From the IMG/VR virus record IMGVR_UViG_3300037247_000151, positions 1 to 45,776 of that record: a DNA stretch of 45,776 nucleotides; one strand, written 5' to 3'. The notes beneath the pieces were generated by a model, which was given only the letters and a program-made list of their open reading frames with translations, was not told where the DNA came from and ran no database searches. Source of the stretch: a virus. Each line of letters opens with the position of its first letter. Position 1 is the first letter of the stretch. Of this stretch, positions 34,847-42,165 are shown in pieces. The position numbers and the translations under genes are program-made.

Positions 34847-35113
34847 ATGTATGATCTTGATGAACTTGATAAACCGTTACCACATTTGCTAACGAACTTC
34901 CCTTTGTCGGAGCTAGGAGTATACCAAAAAGCCGTTAAGGAGTTTGGCGACACCACTCTATACATCGATACTGGTGGTGAGTGTTCGTGTGGTAAGGGTT
35001 ATAGTAATCTTCGGAACTCTAATCAAGGTTCTCTTATGTGTAATCGCAGAGGCGACCGCTCAGACTTTTGGAGAGTGTTTGACCGAATAATGTACGGTCA
35101 TACGAAAAGATAG
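34847..35113 (+). CDS. Hypothetical protein
   Basis: 88-aa ORF with SD GAAGGTAG. Confidence 0.6.
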   Translation: MYDLDELDKPLPHLLTNFPLSELGVYQKAVKEFGDTTLYIDTGGECSCGKGYSNLRNSNQGSLMCNRRGDRSDFWRVFDRIMYGHTKR

Positions 35114-35116
35114 CTT

Positions 35117-35156
35117 GGCGAGTGGAACGAGCTAATGCGCGATTAATCAAAGCGAC
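35117..35156 (+). repeat. IGE copy
   Basis: GGCGAGTGGAACGAGCTAATGCGCGATTAATCAAAGCGAC. Confidence 0.8.
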
Positions 35157-35179
35157 AGCCGAAAGGCAGAAGGAGTATT

Positions 35180-35305
35180 ATGAAATACACATTACCCCGA
35201 AGACAGTACCGTGTACGCCCCTACAGCTTCGTTCACAAGCTAGGGGTAGTATTAGCGGTGTTGATTGGTTTAGCGGCTCTGTACGCCCTCTGTGCCCTCA
35301 CATGA
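35180..35305 (+). CDS. Putative 41-aa membrane protein (not in ORF track)
   Basis: SD AGAAGGAG; MKYTLPRRQYRVRPYSFVHKLGVVLAVLIGLAALYALCALT. Confidence 0.45.
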   Translation: MKYTLPRRQYRVRPYSFVHKLGVVLAVLIGLAALYALCALT

Positions 35306-35505
35306 TAGAATATAGCGAAGGAATCACAGACGTTGCAGCTTTTGAAAGAACTTACGACGATTTTATCAAAGCATGTGCTACAAAGTTTGAATTTGGCATA
35401 TTTGTTTTGAAAGAGAACAACGAGCACATGGAGCCCGTTTGTGTCGGTAAAGATTCAGAATATAGTTTTGGAGATTTCTTAGAAAGGAGGAGCGATGAAT
35501 ATTAA
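35302..35505 (+). CDS. Hypothetical protein (67 aa)
   Basis: ATGA coupling to 35180..35305. The track ORF from 35122 starts inside the IGE. Confidence 0.5.
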   Translation: MIEYSEGITDVAAFERTYDDFIKACATKFEFGIFVLKENNEHMEPVCVGKDSEYSFGDFLERRSDEY

Positions 35506-35776
35506 AGAGAAAATAGTTTTAATGGAGAAGTATCTACTCAACACTGCGCCAAACAGCGTAGCTATGCAAGAGATACTTCAAGACCTCCGCAAAATAGAAA
35601 GCGGAGAGATGGCTGAGGTTGTTAAATGCGAATGGAATACAGATGGCGAAGAAGACAATGTGCATTGGGTTTGTAGTAGGTGCGGCTATGAAAGTTGGCT
35701 TGATTGGGAAGGTAGCGTTCTTGAAGATATAAAATATTGTTGGAATTGTGGAGCCAAGTTGAGCAACGCGAAATAG
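35495..35776 (+). CDS. Zinc-ribbon protein
   Basis: C-terminal CSRCG...CWNCG; SD AAAGGAGGAG. Confidence 0.65.
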   Translation: MNIKEKIVLMEKYLLNTAPNSVAMQEILQDLRKIESGEMAEVVKCEWNTDGEEDNVHWVCSRCGYESWLDWEGSVLEDIKYCWNCGAKLSNAK

Positions 35777-35797
35777 TGCGCGATTAATCATATCGCT
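35758..35797 (+). repeat. IGE copy overlapping the 3' end of 35495..35776
   Basis: GTTGAGCAACGCGAAATAGTGCGCGATTAATCATATCGCT encodes ...LSNAK plus the stop. Confidence 0.8.
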
Positions 35798-35813
35798 AAG
35801 AAAGGAGAGAGTT

Positions 35814-36377
35814 ATGAGTGAATTAAAGAAGTGTCCGTTCTGTAATAGTGAAGATAGTGGCGTTTATGATGAGGTGACGGGAAGGGCAACAAAACATTAT
35901 GTCGAGTGTCATTTATGTGGAGCTTCCACTAATTTATTGCCCACAGAAGAAGACGCAATAGCTGCGTGGAACAAAAGAGCAGACGGATGGATAGGTGTAG
36001 AATATCCACCAACAGAACAAAAAGAATATCTCGTAACAGATGGTGAGTTTGTAGTAAGACAAACATTCTTTAATAACAATGCGCATAAAGGATTCATCGA
36101 CGGCGTTATATGCAAAGAAGACATCACTTACTGGCAACCGTTGCCCGATCCAAAAGTGAGTAGAGAGGAAGGGGACAAAATGAAAGCATATAAATGTGAC
36201 TTATGTTTCAAGTATTGTGATGACGTCTTAACTATACATTCAATAGTGAGACCATACTCGCACAGTGTTTACGATGAATTGAATGGGCAAAGTGTAGATT
36301 GTTGTGAAGACTGTTTCGATAAAATCATGGCGTTTATAGAACCAATGATAAAGAAGCGTAAAAGGCGAACAAAGTGA
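35814..36377 (+). CDS. Lar-like restriction-alleviation domain fused to a DUF551-like domain, plus a Cys-rich C-terminal module
   Basis: KKCPFCNSED...VECHLCGAST...EEDAIAAWNKR (Lar pattern); GWIGVEYPP...ITYWQPLPDPK (DUF551 pattern). An in-frame internal SD+ATG (MKAYKCDLC...) is also present. Confidence 0.65.
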   Translation: MSELKKCPFCNSEDSGVYDEVTGRATKHYVECHLCGASTNLLPTEEDAIAAWNKRADGWIGVEYPPTEQKEYLVTDGEFVVRQTFFNNNAHKGFIDGVICKEDITYWQPLPDPKVSREEGDKMKAYKCDLCFKYCDDVLTIHSIVRPYSHSVYDELNGQSVDCCEDCFDKIMAFIEPMIKKRKRRTK

Positions 36378-36403
36378 GCTAATGAGCGATTAATAATAGC
36401 GAA
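36374..36403 (+). repeat. IGE copy (short variant)
   Basis: GTGAGCTAATGAGCGATTAATAATAGCGAA; its TGA is the stop of 35814..36377. Confidence 0.6.
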
Positions 36404-36423
36404 AGAAATAGGCACTAATTAAA

Positions 36424-36792
36424 GTGCCTTTCCCTCGCCTTGATGCTCATTATTCGCTATCGTTCAATCAACTTATGGACGTTCTTAACAAAGTTTCAAA
36501 GCCGGAGAACAACAACACTATTGTAACAGACCAACTACACGCATACAGCCCGTTAGAGCGTAACAACTACGTGCATCTAAGGATAGACCACCGTCAAGCG
36601 TATTCAGACCACAACGGAACTCATACGAACACTATCGAGAGTTTTTGGGCGACATTAAAGCGTGGTGTGTACGGAATATATCATCATGTATCTGTTAAAT
36701 ATATGCAAAGATATGTTGACGAGTTTTGTTTTAGGTATAATAATCGTGGATTGAATATGTTTGATATGGTTTTGAAACAAGCGATGATATAA
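36424..36792 (+). pseudogene. IS1595 (ISXO2-like) transposase, C-terminal fragment only
   Basis: IVTDQLHAYSPL...HTNTIESFWATLKRGVYGIYHHVSVKYMQRYVDEFCFRYNNR. The N-terminal zinc ribbon and first catalytic Asp are missing. GTG start lies inside a hairpin with no SD. Confidence 0.7.
36434..36469 (-). repeat. Degenerate IGE copy inside the 5' end of the transposase fragment
   Basis: Plus strand CTCGCCTTGATGCTCATTATTCGCTATCGTTCAATC. Confidence 0.5.
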
Positions 36793-36826
36793 AAAAAGGT
36801 GACCTAAGGTCACCTTTTCATTTTTG
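36791..36826. terminator. Bidirectional rho-independent terminator
   Basis: A7-GGTGACC-taa-GGTCACC-TTTT at a convergence point. A second hairpin GGGC-ttgc-GCCC follows. Confidence 0.85.
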
Positions 36827-37032
36827 TTAGGGCTTGCGCCCAAATCGTTTTTTGTCGGAGTTCGCACTCCTATCTATTAAACCTTAACACTATGTTGGTT
36901 CAATGTCAAGTTTATTTTAACCGATACTTTCTAAGCATCCTTTTATGGTATCGCCCAATGCCTAGAAAAAGAGAGCAAGACGATATTATTTATCGTTGCG
37001 TAATGGTCGCAATTCCGAAGATAATTACTGAG

Positions 37033-37188
37033 CTAAGATCTAGTTAGTTTCTCGTCTACGTAGGCGAGTACAATTTCTTTGTAGTATGGCAACGCTATTA
37101 TATCCTCAAGTGTTAGCCCTTCTTTCATGCACCCATCGACCAATTCCCTTATTAGCCTTATCTTTATTATTTCCTGTTTATCAGTCAT
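37033..37188 (-). CDS. Putative 51-aa protein (not in ORF track), last gene of the early arm
   Basis: SD GAGGTGAA; MTDKQEIIKIRLIRELVDGCMKEG... Confidence 0.45.
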   Translation of the reverse strand: MTDKQEIIKIRLIRELVDGCMKEGLTLEDIIALPYYKEIVLAYVDEKLTRS

Positions 37189-37213
37189 CTATGTTCACCT
37201 CGTAATATTAGTA

Positions 37214-37227
37214 TTCCTAATTAGGAA
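37214..37227. promoter_or_regulatory. Perfect 14-bp palindrome (operator candidate)
   Basis: TTCCTAATTAGGAA between the -10 box at 37235 and the SD of 37188. Confidence 0.55.
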
Positions 37228-37234
37228 CACTATA

Positions 37235-37263
37235 AGTGTACTACGAAACAAAACCGTTGTCAA
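37235..37263 (-). promoter_or_regulatory. Sigma-A-type promoter
   Basis: Minus strand TTGACA-17 nt-TACACT, preceded by the shared upstream box. Confidence 0.6.
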
Positions 37264-37281
37264 CCCACTAAACTCTAAAAC

Positions 37282-37521
37282 TTACGCTAAAACTATATCT
37301 TGTGTTAACCGTGCGTAAAGGTATAGTTCCGTTTTTTTTTGATAAACTGTAGTCCTTTCCCCTACTTTCCATGTGAAAGTAGTTGGTATTCCGACATTAA
37401 TCCTCTCAAAAGGCTCTATGAACAATTTGCGCTTTGTTTCTTTAAAAATCTCAGAGTAAGCATCTGGGTAGTCTTCCGCAAGTTCTAGCGCCATCGTTGT
37501 TGCTCTATCAAATCTTTTCAT
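37282..37521 (-). CDS. Hypothetical protein
   Basis: 79-aa ORF with SD AAAGGATTGA. Confidence 0.6.
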   Translation of the reverse strand: MKRFDRATTMALELAEDYPDAYSEIFKETKRKLFIEPFERINVGIPTTFTWKVGERTTVYQKKTELYLYARLTQDIVLA

Positions 37522-37537
37522 GTTTCAATCCTTTCAA

Positions 37538-37577
37538 ATTGAGCTTGCTCAATAATGCGCGTCAGCACCATATCGCC
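37538..37577 (+). repeat. IGE copy (inverted relative to the flanking minus-strand genes)
   Basis: ATTGAGCTTGCTCAATAATGCGCGTCAGCACCATATCGCC. Confidence 0.75.
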
Positions 37578-37578
37578 C

Positions 37579-37680
37579 TCACATAAACCATCTGATGTAG
37601 ATTATCGCTGCCCAAAACGCTGCTATTGTTAGTCCTGCTACCCAACCTTTTTTTCTGCCTTGTTCTATATACCATTTCAT
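37579..37680 (-). CDS. Putative 33-aa membrane peptide (not in ORF track)
   Basis: ATGA overlap with the upstream gene; MKWYIEQGRKKGWVAGLTIAAFWAAIIYIRWFM. Confidence 0.4.
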   Translation of the reverse strand: MKWYIEQGRKKGWVAGLTIAAFWAAIIYIRWFM

Positions 37681-37862
37681 TTTTCTGCCTCCATTCTCTT
37701 TTTAATTTCCTCGCTTGCAACAATAATTATTGGTCGCACGCTTAGCTGTTCCTGTTTGGTTAAATATTCTAGGAATAACCTTTGCCCTAGTATGTACCCC
37801 TTGTGATATCCTTGTTCGTACCCAATTTGCCACTCGCTACTCATTCCCATGTCTGAATACAT
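37677..37862 (-). CDS. Hypothetical protein
   Basis: 61-aa ORF with SD AAGGAGTAAAA. Confidence 0.55.
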   Translation of the reverse strand: MYSDMGMSSEWQIGYEQGYHKGYILGQRLFLEYLTKQEQLSVRPIIIVASEEIKKRMEAEK

Positions 37863-37871
37863 TTTTACTCC

Positions 37872-37911
37872 TTGGCGATATGATTAATCGCTACTTATTC
37901 GCTTTGCTCAC
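37872..37911 (-). repeat. IGE copy
   Basis: GTGAGCAAAGCGAATAAGTAGCGATTAATCATATCGCCAA. Supplies the codons EQSE and the TAA stop of 37895..38092. Confidence 0.8.
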
Positions 37912-38092
37912 TCTGATTCTGCTCGTCGTATTCTTCGTCGGTTGTGATGTGCCCGTAACTCCAGTTGTAATGATAGCCGCACTTGCATTTCACGTCTGTT
38001 TCTACAAGCCCTATTTCATCGTGAAACTTCTCTACCTTGCACTCATCTTCACACCTAGGACAATATGTCGGTGCTTCTTTCCAAAATCTCAT
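37895..38092 (-). CDS. Zinc-ribbon mini-protein with acidic tail
   Basis: CPRCEDEC...CKCG. Confidence 0.6.
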   Translation of the reverse strand: MRFWKEAPTYCPRCEDECKVEKFHDEIGLVETDVKCKCGYHYNWSYGHITTDEEYDEQNQSEQSE

Positions 38093-38210
38093 CTTTTCTC
38101 ACCTTTTTCCCCATTCGTTTCAACAACCTGTAAAATCTGCGGTTGTCGTACTCTGTTATGTCTAAATTCTGAATCTTTGCCCACTTTTTGAAGTTCTTTT
38201 TTGTTTTCAT
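38055..38210 (-). CDS. Putative 51-aa basic protein (not in ORF track)
   Basis: SD AGGAGGTACAAC-ATG; overlaps the next gene by 38 nt. Confidence 0.35.
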   Translation of the reverse strand: MKTKKNFKKWAKIQNLDITEYDNRRFYRLLKRMGKKVRKDEILERSTDILS

Positions 38211-38246
38211 GTTGTACCTCCTGCTTTATAGTATGCAGAAAGTTTT

Positions 38247-38299
38247 AAAAAGATTCCTATTGCATATTATTTTATATAGAATCTTTTGCAATAGGATTC
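38247..38299 (-). terminator. Rho-independent terminator after the radical SAM gene
   Basis: Minus strand GAATCCTATTGCA-22 nt-TGCAATAGGAATC (one mismatch) followed by TTTTT. Confidence 0.55.
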
Positions 38300-38339
38300 G
38301 TCGAGTTGATTAATCGCGCATTATTTCGCTGCGCTCAAC
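38300..38339 (-). repeat. IGE copy
   Basis: GTTGAGCGCAGCGAAATAATGCGCGATTAATCAACTCGAC; its TGA is the stop of the radical SAM gene. Confidence 0.85.
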
Positions 38340-39078
38340 TTTTGTTCATCTCTGCTCTTAATCCTTCTTTGATATAATAGTTAAGCTCGTTCTCTTTGCA
38401 TAGCCTCTCGCACTCTTTACCAAACTCTCCCCAGTTTATTTCTGATGGGTGGTAGTTTAATTTTCCTATTTTGAACTTATCAACATATCCTAAATTGAGA
38501 CGAAGCATGAGGTATATATCTTTTTCATTCAATACGGGTTCCATAGACATCCATGTTCTTATTCCGTGGTCGTGAGCGCGATCCAATACAGCTAAACGAT
38601 TTGCAGGTATAGCCGCAAAGGGTTCTTGTTCGCACGGCAGACACAGCTTTCCACCCCCATATCCTGTGTATGTCACGCCAAACCAATCATTCTCATCGAG
38701 TAAGTCGAAGTCTCTCTCGGAAATTGTACCGCCTTTTGTTAATATCTGTACATGGTTCCCGCTATCCTTAATCAATTTAATGATTTCTCTAGTCGCAGTT
38801 GTGTCTATATCCGCAGGGTAAGGGTCACATGTAAAACAAAGATGTATTAATTTGCCCTTTAATTTTTCCCTTTCGATTTGCTTTTTAACTTCGTTTACAA
38901 TATTTTTCCTCGGCTCGACGTTAGAGTGAAAATCCTCTCGTGTCTTTCTTAACACGCTCGGCGCAAAACAGTACGAGCACCGATGGGTACAGCCTGTGTA
39001 AATGTTAATTGCATAGTCCCCGTATTCTTTAGCTTTCCCGCTAGGCTTGTATATTGGTTTCATCTTCAATTCTCCCAT
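38335..39078 (-). CDS. Radical SAM enzyme (SplB/COG1533-like)
   Basis: CX3CX2C cluster motif in YTGCTHRCSYCFAP near the N-terminus. An alternative SD-supported start is Met6 (39063). Confidence 0.8.
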   Translation of the reverse strand: MGELKMKPIYKPSGKAKEYGDYAINIYTGCTHRCSYCFAPSVLRKTREDFHSNVEPRKNIVNEVKKQIEREKLKGKLIHLCFTCDPYPADIDTTATREIIKLIKDSGNHVQILTKGGTISERDFDLLDENDWFGVTYTGYGGGKLCLPCEQEPFAAIPANRLAVLDRAHDHGIRTWMSMEPVLNEKDIYLMLRLNLGYVDKFKIGKLNYHPSEINWGEFGKECERLCKENELNYYIKEGLRAEMNKS

Positions 39079-39548
39079 CTAAAATATTTTCCATCCTGGT
39101 ATTCTCTTGTAAATAAATTATGTCCTCTCTTGCCGACAAAGTATAGGTAATCTTTCGGTAGCCTGTACTCGTAGATGCCCTCTTGCTCCATCAGCCACGC
39201 TCTCAACACGTTTCTTGCGATTGCCTTGTACTCGTCTGTCGCAGGTGCGTGTCTGTCGTAGGCGAACTGGCTTGAAGCGGTTGCACACTCGATTATGGTG
39301 TTACCACGATGTCCAACGTCTACTCGGTTTAGTACCGTCCATACTACTGCTTCTTTTTGTATTTCCGGGATATGCTCGTAATTTGCTTCTCCGTGTATTA
39401 CTTTTGCTAAGACGATTATTTCTTCTTTGTAGTTTTGTAGTTCTACTGATGCGTTGTAGTATATTTCGTCTCGTGGGTGGATAGCGTAAGCAGTCCCGGG
39501 TAACATCAGCAAGATTAGTACTACCGTTGTGATTAATTTCTTTATCAT
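39066..39548 (-). CDS. Secreted SleB/CwlJ-family (Hydrolase_2) cell-wall hydrolase
   Basis: Signal peptide MIKKLITTVVLILLMLPGTAYA. LAKVIHGEA...QKEAVVWTVLNRV...SSQFAY matches the SleB catalytic-domain pattern. Confidence 0.7.
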   Translation of the reverse strand: MIKKLITTVVLILLMLPGTAYAIHPRDEIYYNASVELQNYKEEIIVLAKVIHGEANYEHIPEIQKEAVVWTVLNRVDVGHRGNTIIECATASSQFAYDRHAPATDEYKAIARNVLRAWLMEQEGIYEYRLPKDYLYFVGKRGHNLFTREYQDGKYFRWEN

Positions 39549-39558
39549 TTGTTCCTCC

Positions 39559-39753
39559 TTAAATTACAAGCAAATCTTTATAAAGGTTTTCATCACATAT
39601 AAACTTTATAGACCCTAATTCAAGTGACCGCCCTTGTTCTTCAATTAGTTTGGCGTTAAGTTTCTTAACGGCTTGTGTAGGTCCTTCTGCTATTACATAT
39701 GCTTCTCTTGTCGTTACCCTTGTTTGCTCTGTGATTTTATATAGATTCATCAT
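39559..39753 (-). CDS. Hypothetical protein
   Basis: 64-aa ORF. Confidence 0.5.
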   Translation of the reverse strand: MMNLYKITEQTRVTTREAYVIAEGPTQAVKKLNAKLIEEQGRSLELGSIKFICDENLYKDLLVI

Positions 39754-40093
39754 ACACCTCGAACTTCGTTCCGTTGTAGCGGTAGAGCTGTCTCATAACT
39801 ATGCATTCGTCGCCGATGTAACAAAATGCGCCTCCGTGCGTTGTGCTTACGCTTTCCGAGAATAGATCGACCTTCTGCTGTTCCTCTATCGGCAACCCTG
39901 AGATTATCTCAAAGCCTGTCATTTCCGTACCTTTTGAAACCTCAAATCCGACCTCTACTGCCGCTAACCGAGCCATTGCGTTAACTAAATCTTCTTTACT
40001 TTCATAAATATCTAGCCTCACCCACGCTTCGTGTACCTTTTTCATTTCATCAAACTCTTCTTTTAGTAACCTCGCGCATTTTATCTGTTCCAT
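39737..40093 (-). CDS. Hypothetical protein
   Basis: 118-aa ORF with SD AAGGAGAAG. Confidence 0.6.
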   Translation of the reverse strand: MEQIKCARLLKEEFDEMKKVHEAWVRLDIYESKEDLVNAMARLAAVEVGFEVSKGTEMTGFEIISGLPIEEQQKVDLFSESVSTTHGGAFCYIGDECIVMRQLYRYNGTKFEVYDESI

Positions 40094-40111
40094 ATTACTT
40101 CTCCTTATCTC

Positions 40112-40369
40112 CTAATATTCTTTGTCGCCGATTTTATTGCTCACTAGGTCAGCTTCAAATTCCTCTTGCTCGATTGCATCAAGTTTTTGCGGTGTTAAAT
40201 CGCTTACTTCGTTGTCGAGTGCTTCTTTGATTACCTCTATGTCGTGTTGGTGTATCCATTTACCTTGTTTTTCTAGTTCGTCTATTATTTCATTGATTTT
40301 GTTGCCCATTGCTCCATCTCCATATACTGGGCTCTTTCCAAAAAGTGATTTCCTTTCTACCTTCTTCAT
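40112..40369 (-). CDS. Hypothetical protein
   Basis: 85-aa ORF with SD GGGAGGTATAAGA. Confidence 0.6.
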   Translation of the reverse strand: MKKVERKSLFGKSPVYGDGAMGNKINEIIDELEKQGKWIHQHDIEVIKEALDNEVSDLTPQKLDAIEQEEFEADLVSNKIGDKEY

Positions 40370-40389
40370 TCTTATACCTCCCTTTTTTT

Positions 40390-40429
40390 ATCGAGTTGAT
40401 TAATCGAGCATTATTTCGCTACGCTCACC
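40390..40429 (-). repeat. IGE copy
   Basis: GGTGAGCGTAGCGAAATAATGCTCGATTAATCAACTCGAT; its TGA is the stop of 40425..40721. Confidence 0.85.
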
Positions 40430-40721
40430 TTTCCAAAATTCCAATTTCTTTTGATACTCCCATGTATTTCTTCACTTTTTCTATTTTGTCGTTGTAAATA
40501 GCAGGGTCAATATGGCTGCGGAAAATCGTTGCACTATCCGAAAGCATGTACCTTATTGCATCAATATCAAGAAGTTCTTTATTGAGTTCCGCTTGGTTGT
40601 TAATGTTTGGTCTGTTTGGATGATGGTTTTTCAACCCAAATCGCAAGCATTTTGTAGCGACTTTTTGCACCTCCGCACATTCCTCGATTAAACATATCAA
40701 CAAATATTCTGTTCTGTCCAT
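40425..40721 (-). CDS. MazG-like NTP pyrophosphohydrolase (small all-alpha)
   Basis: LIEECAEVQKVATKCLRFG and ELLDIDAIRYM fit the EExxE...K..R...E..D pattern. SD AAAGGAGAACACT-ATG at 40721. Confidence 0.45.
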   Translation of the reverse strand: MDRTEYLLICLIEECAEVQKVATKCLRFGLKNHHPNRPNINNQAELNKELLDIDAIRYMLSDSATIFRSHIDPAIYNDKIEKVKKYMGVSKEIGILER

Positions 40722-40735
40722 AGTGTTCTCCTTTC

Positions 40736-40778
40736 GTTGAGCCAACGGCGAAATAATGCACGTCAGCATCGTATCGCC
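40736..40778 (+). repeat. IGE copy (inverted relative to the flanking genes)
   Basis: GTTGAGCCAACGGCGAAATAATGCACGTCAGCATCGTATCGCC. Confidence 0.8.
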
Positions 40779-40780
40779 TC

Positions 40781-41035
40781 TTACTCCTTTGGCATTTCAT
40801 AAAAATACCTGCCCGTGTTACTCGGTTTGTCTCGCCATTCCCAACTTTCCGCTGCTTCTCTTATCTCTGCCATAACCTGTAATGCACGTTCTTTTGATTT
40901 GTAGTAGCCGATTGTTATTGTCGATAATTCATCAAGAACAGGTCTTATCCCTACCCCCTCATATTCTTCATCGTATAAAATCATGTAGTTATCATAATTA
41001 ATATCTACCTCTTTATCTTGGCTTACTATTCTCAT
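40781..41035 (-). CDS. Hypothetical protein (84 aa)
   Basis: SD AAAGGAGAAAGAACA and ATGA overlap with the dnaC-like stop. Confidence 0.55.
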   Translation of the reverse strand: MRIVSQDKEVDINYDNYMILYDEEYEGVGIRPVLDELSTITIGYYKSKERALQVMAEIREAAESWEWRDKPSNTGRYFYEMPKE

Positions 41036-41736
41036 TGTTCTTTCTCCTTTCCGTCGGTTGGTTTGTTCCATCGCCAGTCTTTGTCTTGATATTGTACCCA
41101 TTCGCACATTTCGCCAAGTCTGCTGACGACAGCGTTTCCATATTTCTTTTTTAGCTGTTTGCCGTTTAGGTTTGTTGTGATGACGATGCCTTTGTTTTGT
41201 TCGTACAGCTTGTTCACCAGATCAAACACAAAAACCTTAACGTCGTCTTCCTTGTAACCAAACTTAAACTCTTTGCCCAAGTCGTCTATACAAACGAAGT
41301 CGCTGTCACAAGGGTCGTTGCGTTTCATAAGCTGTGTGACCGTTCCATACACCACATACTTGCCCTGCGTTGTGAGGTCGTTAGTCAAAGCAGCGATGAG
41401 GTGGGTCTTGCCGATTCCGTTGTCGCCGGATATTAAAACACCTTTAGACTTTTCTAAGATAACCCTTCGACATGCCATGTATGCTTTTTCGTTGTTGTCG
41501 TTTACATCAAAAGAATCGAATGTTCTGTTGAAGAACTTTTCTCCTAGACCACTTTGCTCTAGCAAATACTTAGCGTGTTTGTACCTGTCTCTTATATTTG
41601 AATCTTTAATAATTTGTTGTTGCTTTAGTTCGTGCTGTTTCTCGTATTCCTCAATACCAATTTCCTCTATTTTGGTTTGAACACGAATGTCTGCTTCTTG
41701 CAGTTTCAAGCCAAACCCATAATTTAATAAATCCAT
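41032..41736 (-). CDS. DnaC/IstB-like AAA+ helicase loader
   Basis: Walker A LISGDNGIGKTHL and Walker B DFVCIDDLGKE. Confidence 0.85.
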   Translation of the reverse strand: MDLLNYGFGLKLQEADIRVQTKIEEIGIEEYEKQHELKQQQIIKDSNIRDRYKHAKYLLEQSGLGEKFFNRTFDSFDVNDNNEKAYMACRRVILEKSKGVLISGDNGIGKTHLIAALTNDLTTQGKYVVYGTVTQLMKRNDPCDSDFVCIDDLGKEFKFGYKEDDVKVFVFDLVNKLYEQNKGIVITTNLNGKQLKKKYGNAVVSRLGEMCEWVQYQDKDWRWNKPTDGKEKEQ

Positions 41737-41749
41737 TTTTCACCTCTAA

Positions 41750-41802
41750 GTTACTAGTAACACGTACTTACCTAACCTATACTATACTAACCTATACTAA
41801 CC
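41750..41802. repeat. 12-bp palindrome plus TATACTAACC iterons (origin/regulatory candidate)
   Basis: GTTACTAGTAAC (41750-41761). CTAACC-TATAC-TATACTAACC-TATACTAACC (41772-41802). Confidence 0.6.
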
Positions 41803-41820
41803 TGTGTTGACGAACTGTAA

Positions 41821-42162
41821 TCATTTTGTATACATTTTGTTAACATCTAGTGTGAGTTGCTTGATTTCTTCTGTATACATCGTGTCGTTTCGTCTATCTT
41901 TTGCTATCAAATTATGTACAAACCAGTGTCGGATAACACACACTCCTGTATCAAAATCTATGATGTATTTGTTTTGGATAAGTAGTTCATAATCAGCCTT
42001 TTTTGCTTTTACCATAGCCATTACTTTTTTGCGTTTGTCCATGAACCCATCGTCGTCAGATCGTAAAACAAGATGCATATATAAACCTTGCGCTGATAAA
42101 GGCATATTTAAGAAAAGGTCAGTATCTATTACTTTTAAACTTAACATTCGTCTTTGTGCCAT
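41821..42162 (-). CDS. Replication initiator / replisome-organizer-like protein
   Basis: VIDTDLFLNMPLSAQGLYMHLVLRSDDDGFM...IRHWFVHNLIAKDRRNDT resembles phage replication initiator N-domains; directly upstream of the dnaC-like gene. Confidence 0.5.
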   Translation of the reverse strand: MAQRRMLSLKVIDTDLFLNMPLSAQGLYMHLVLRSDDDGFMDKRKKVMAMVKAKKADYELLIQNKYIIDFDTGVCVIRHWFVHNLIAKDRRNDTMYTEEIKQLTLDVNKMYTK

Positions 42163-42165
42163 GCT

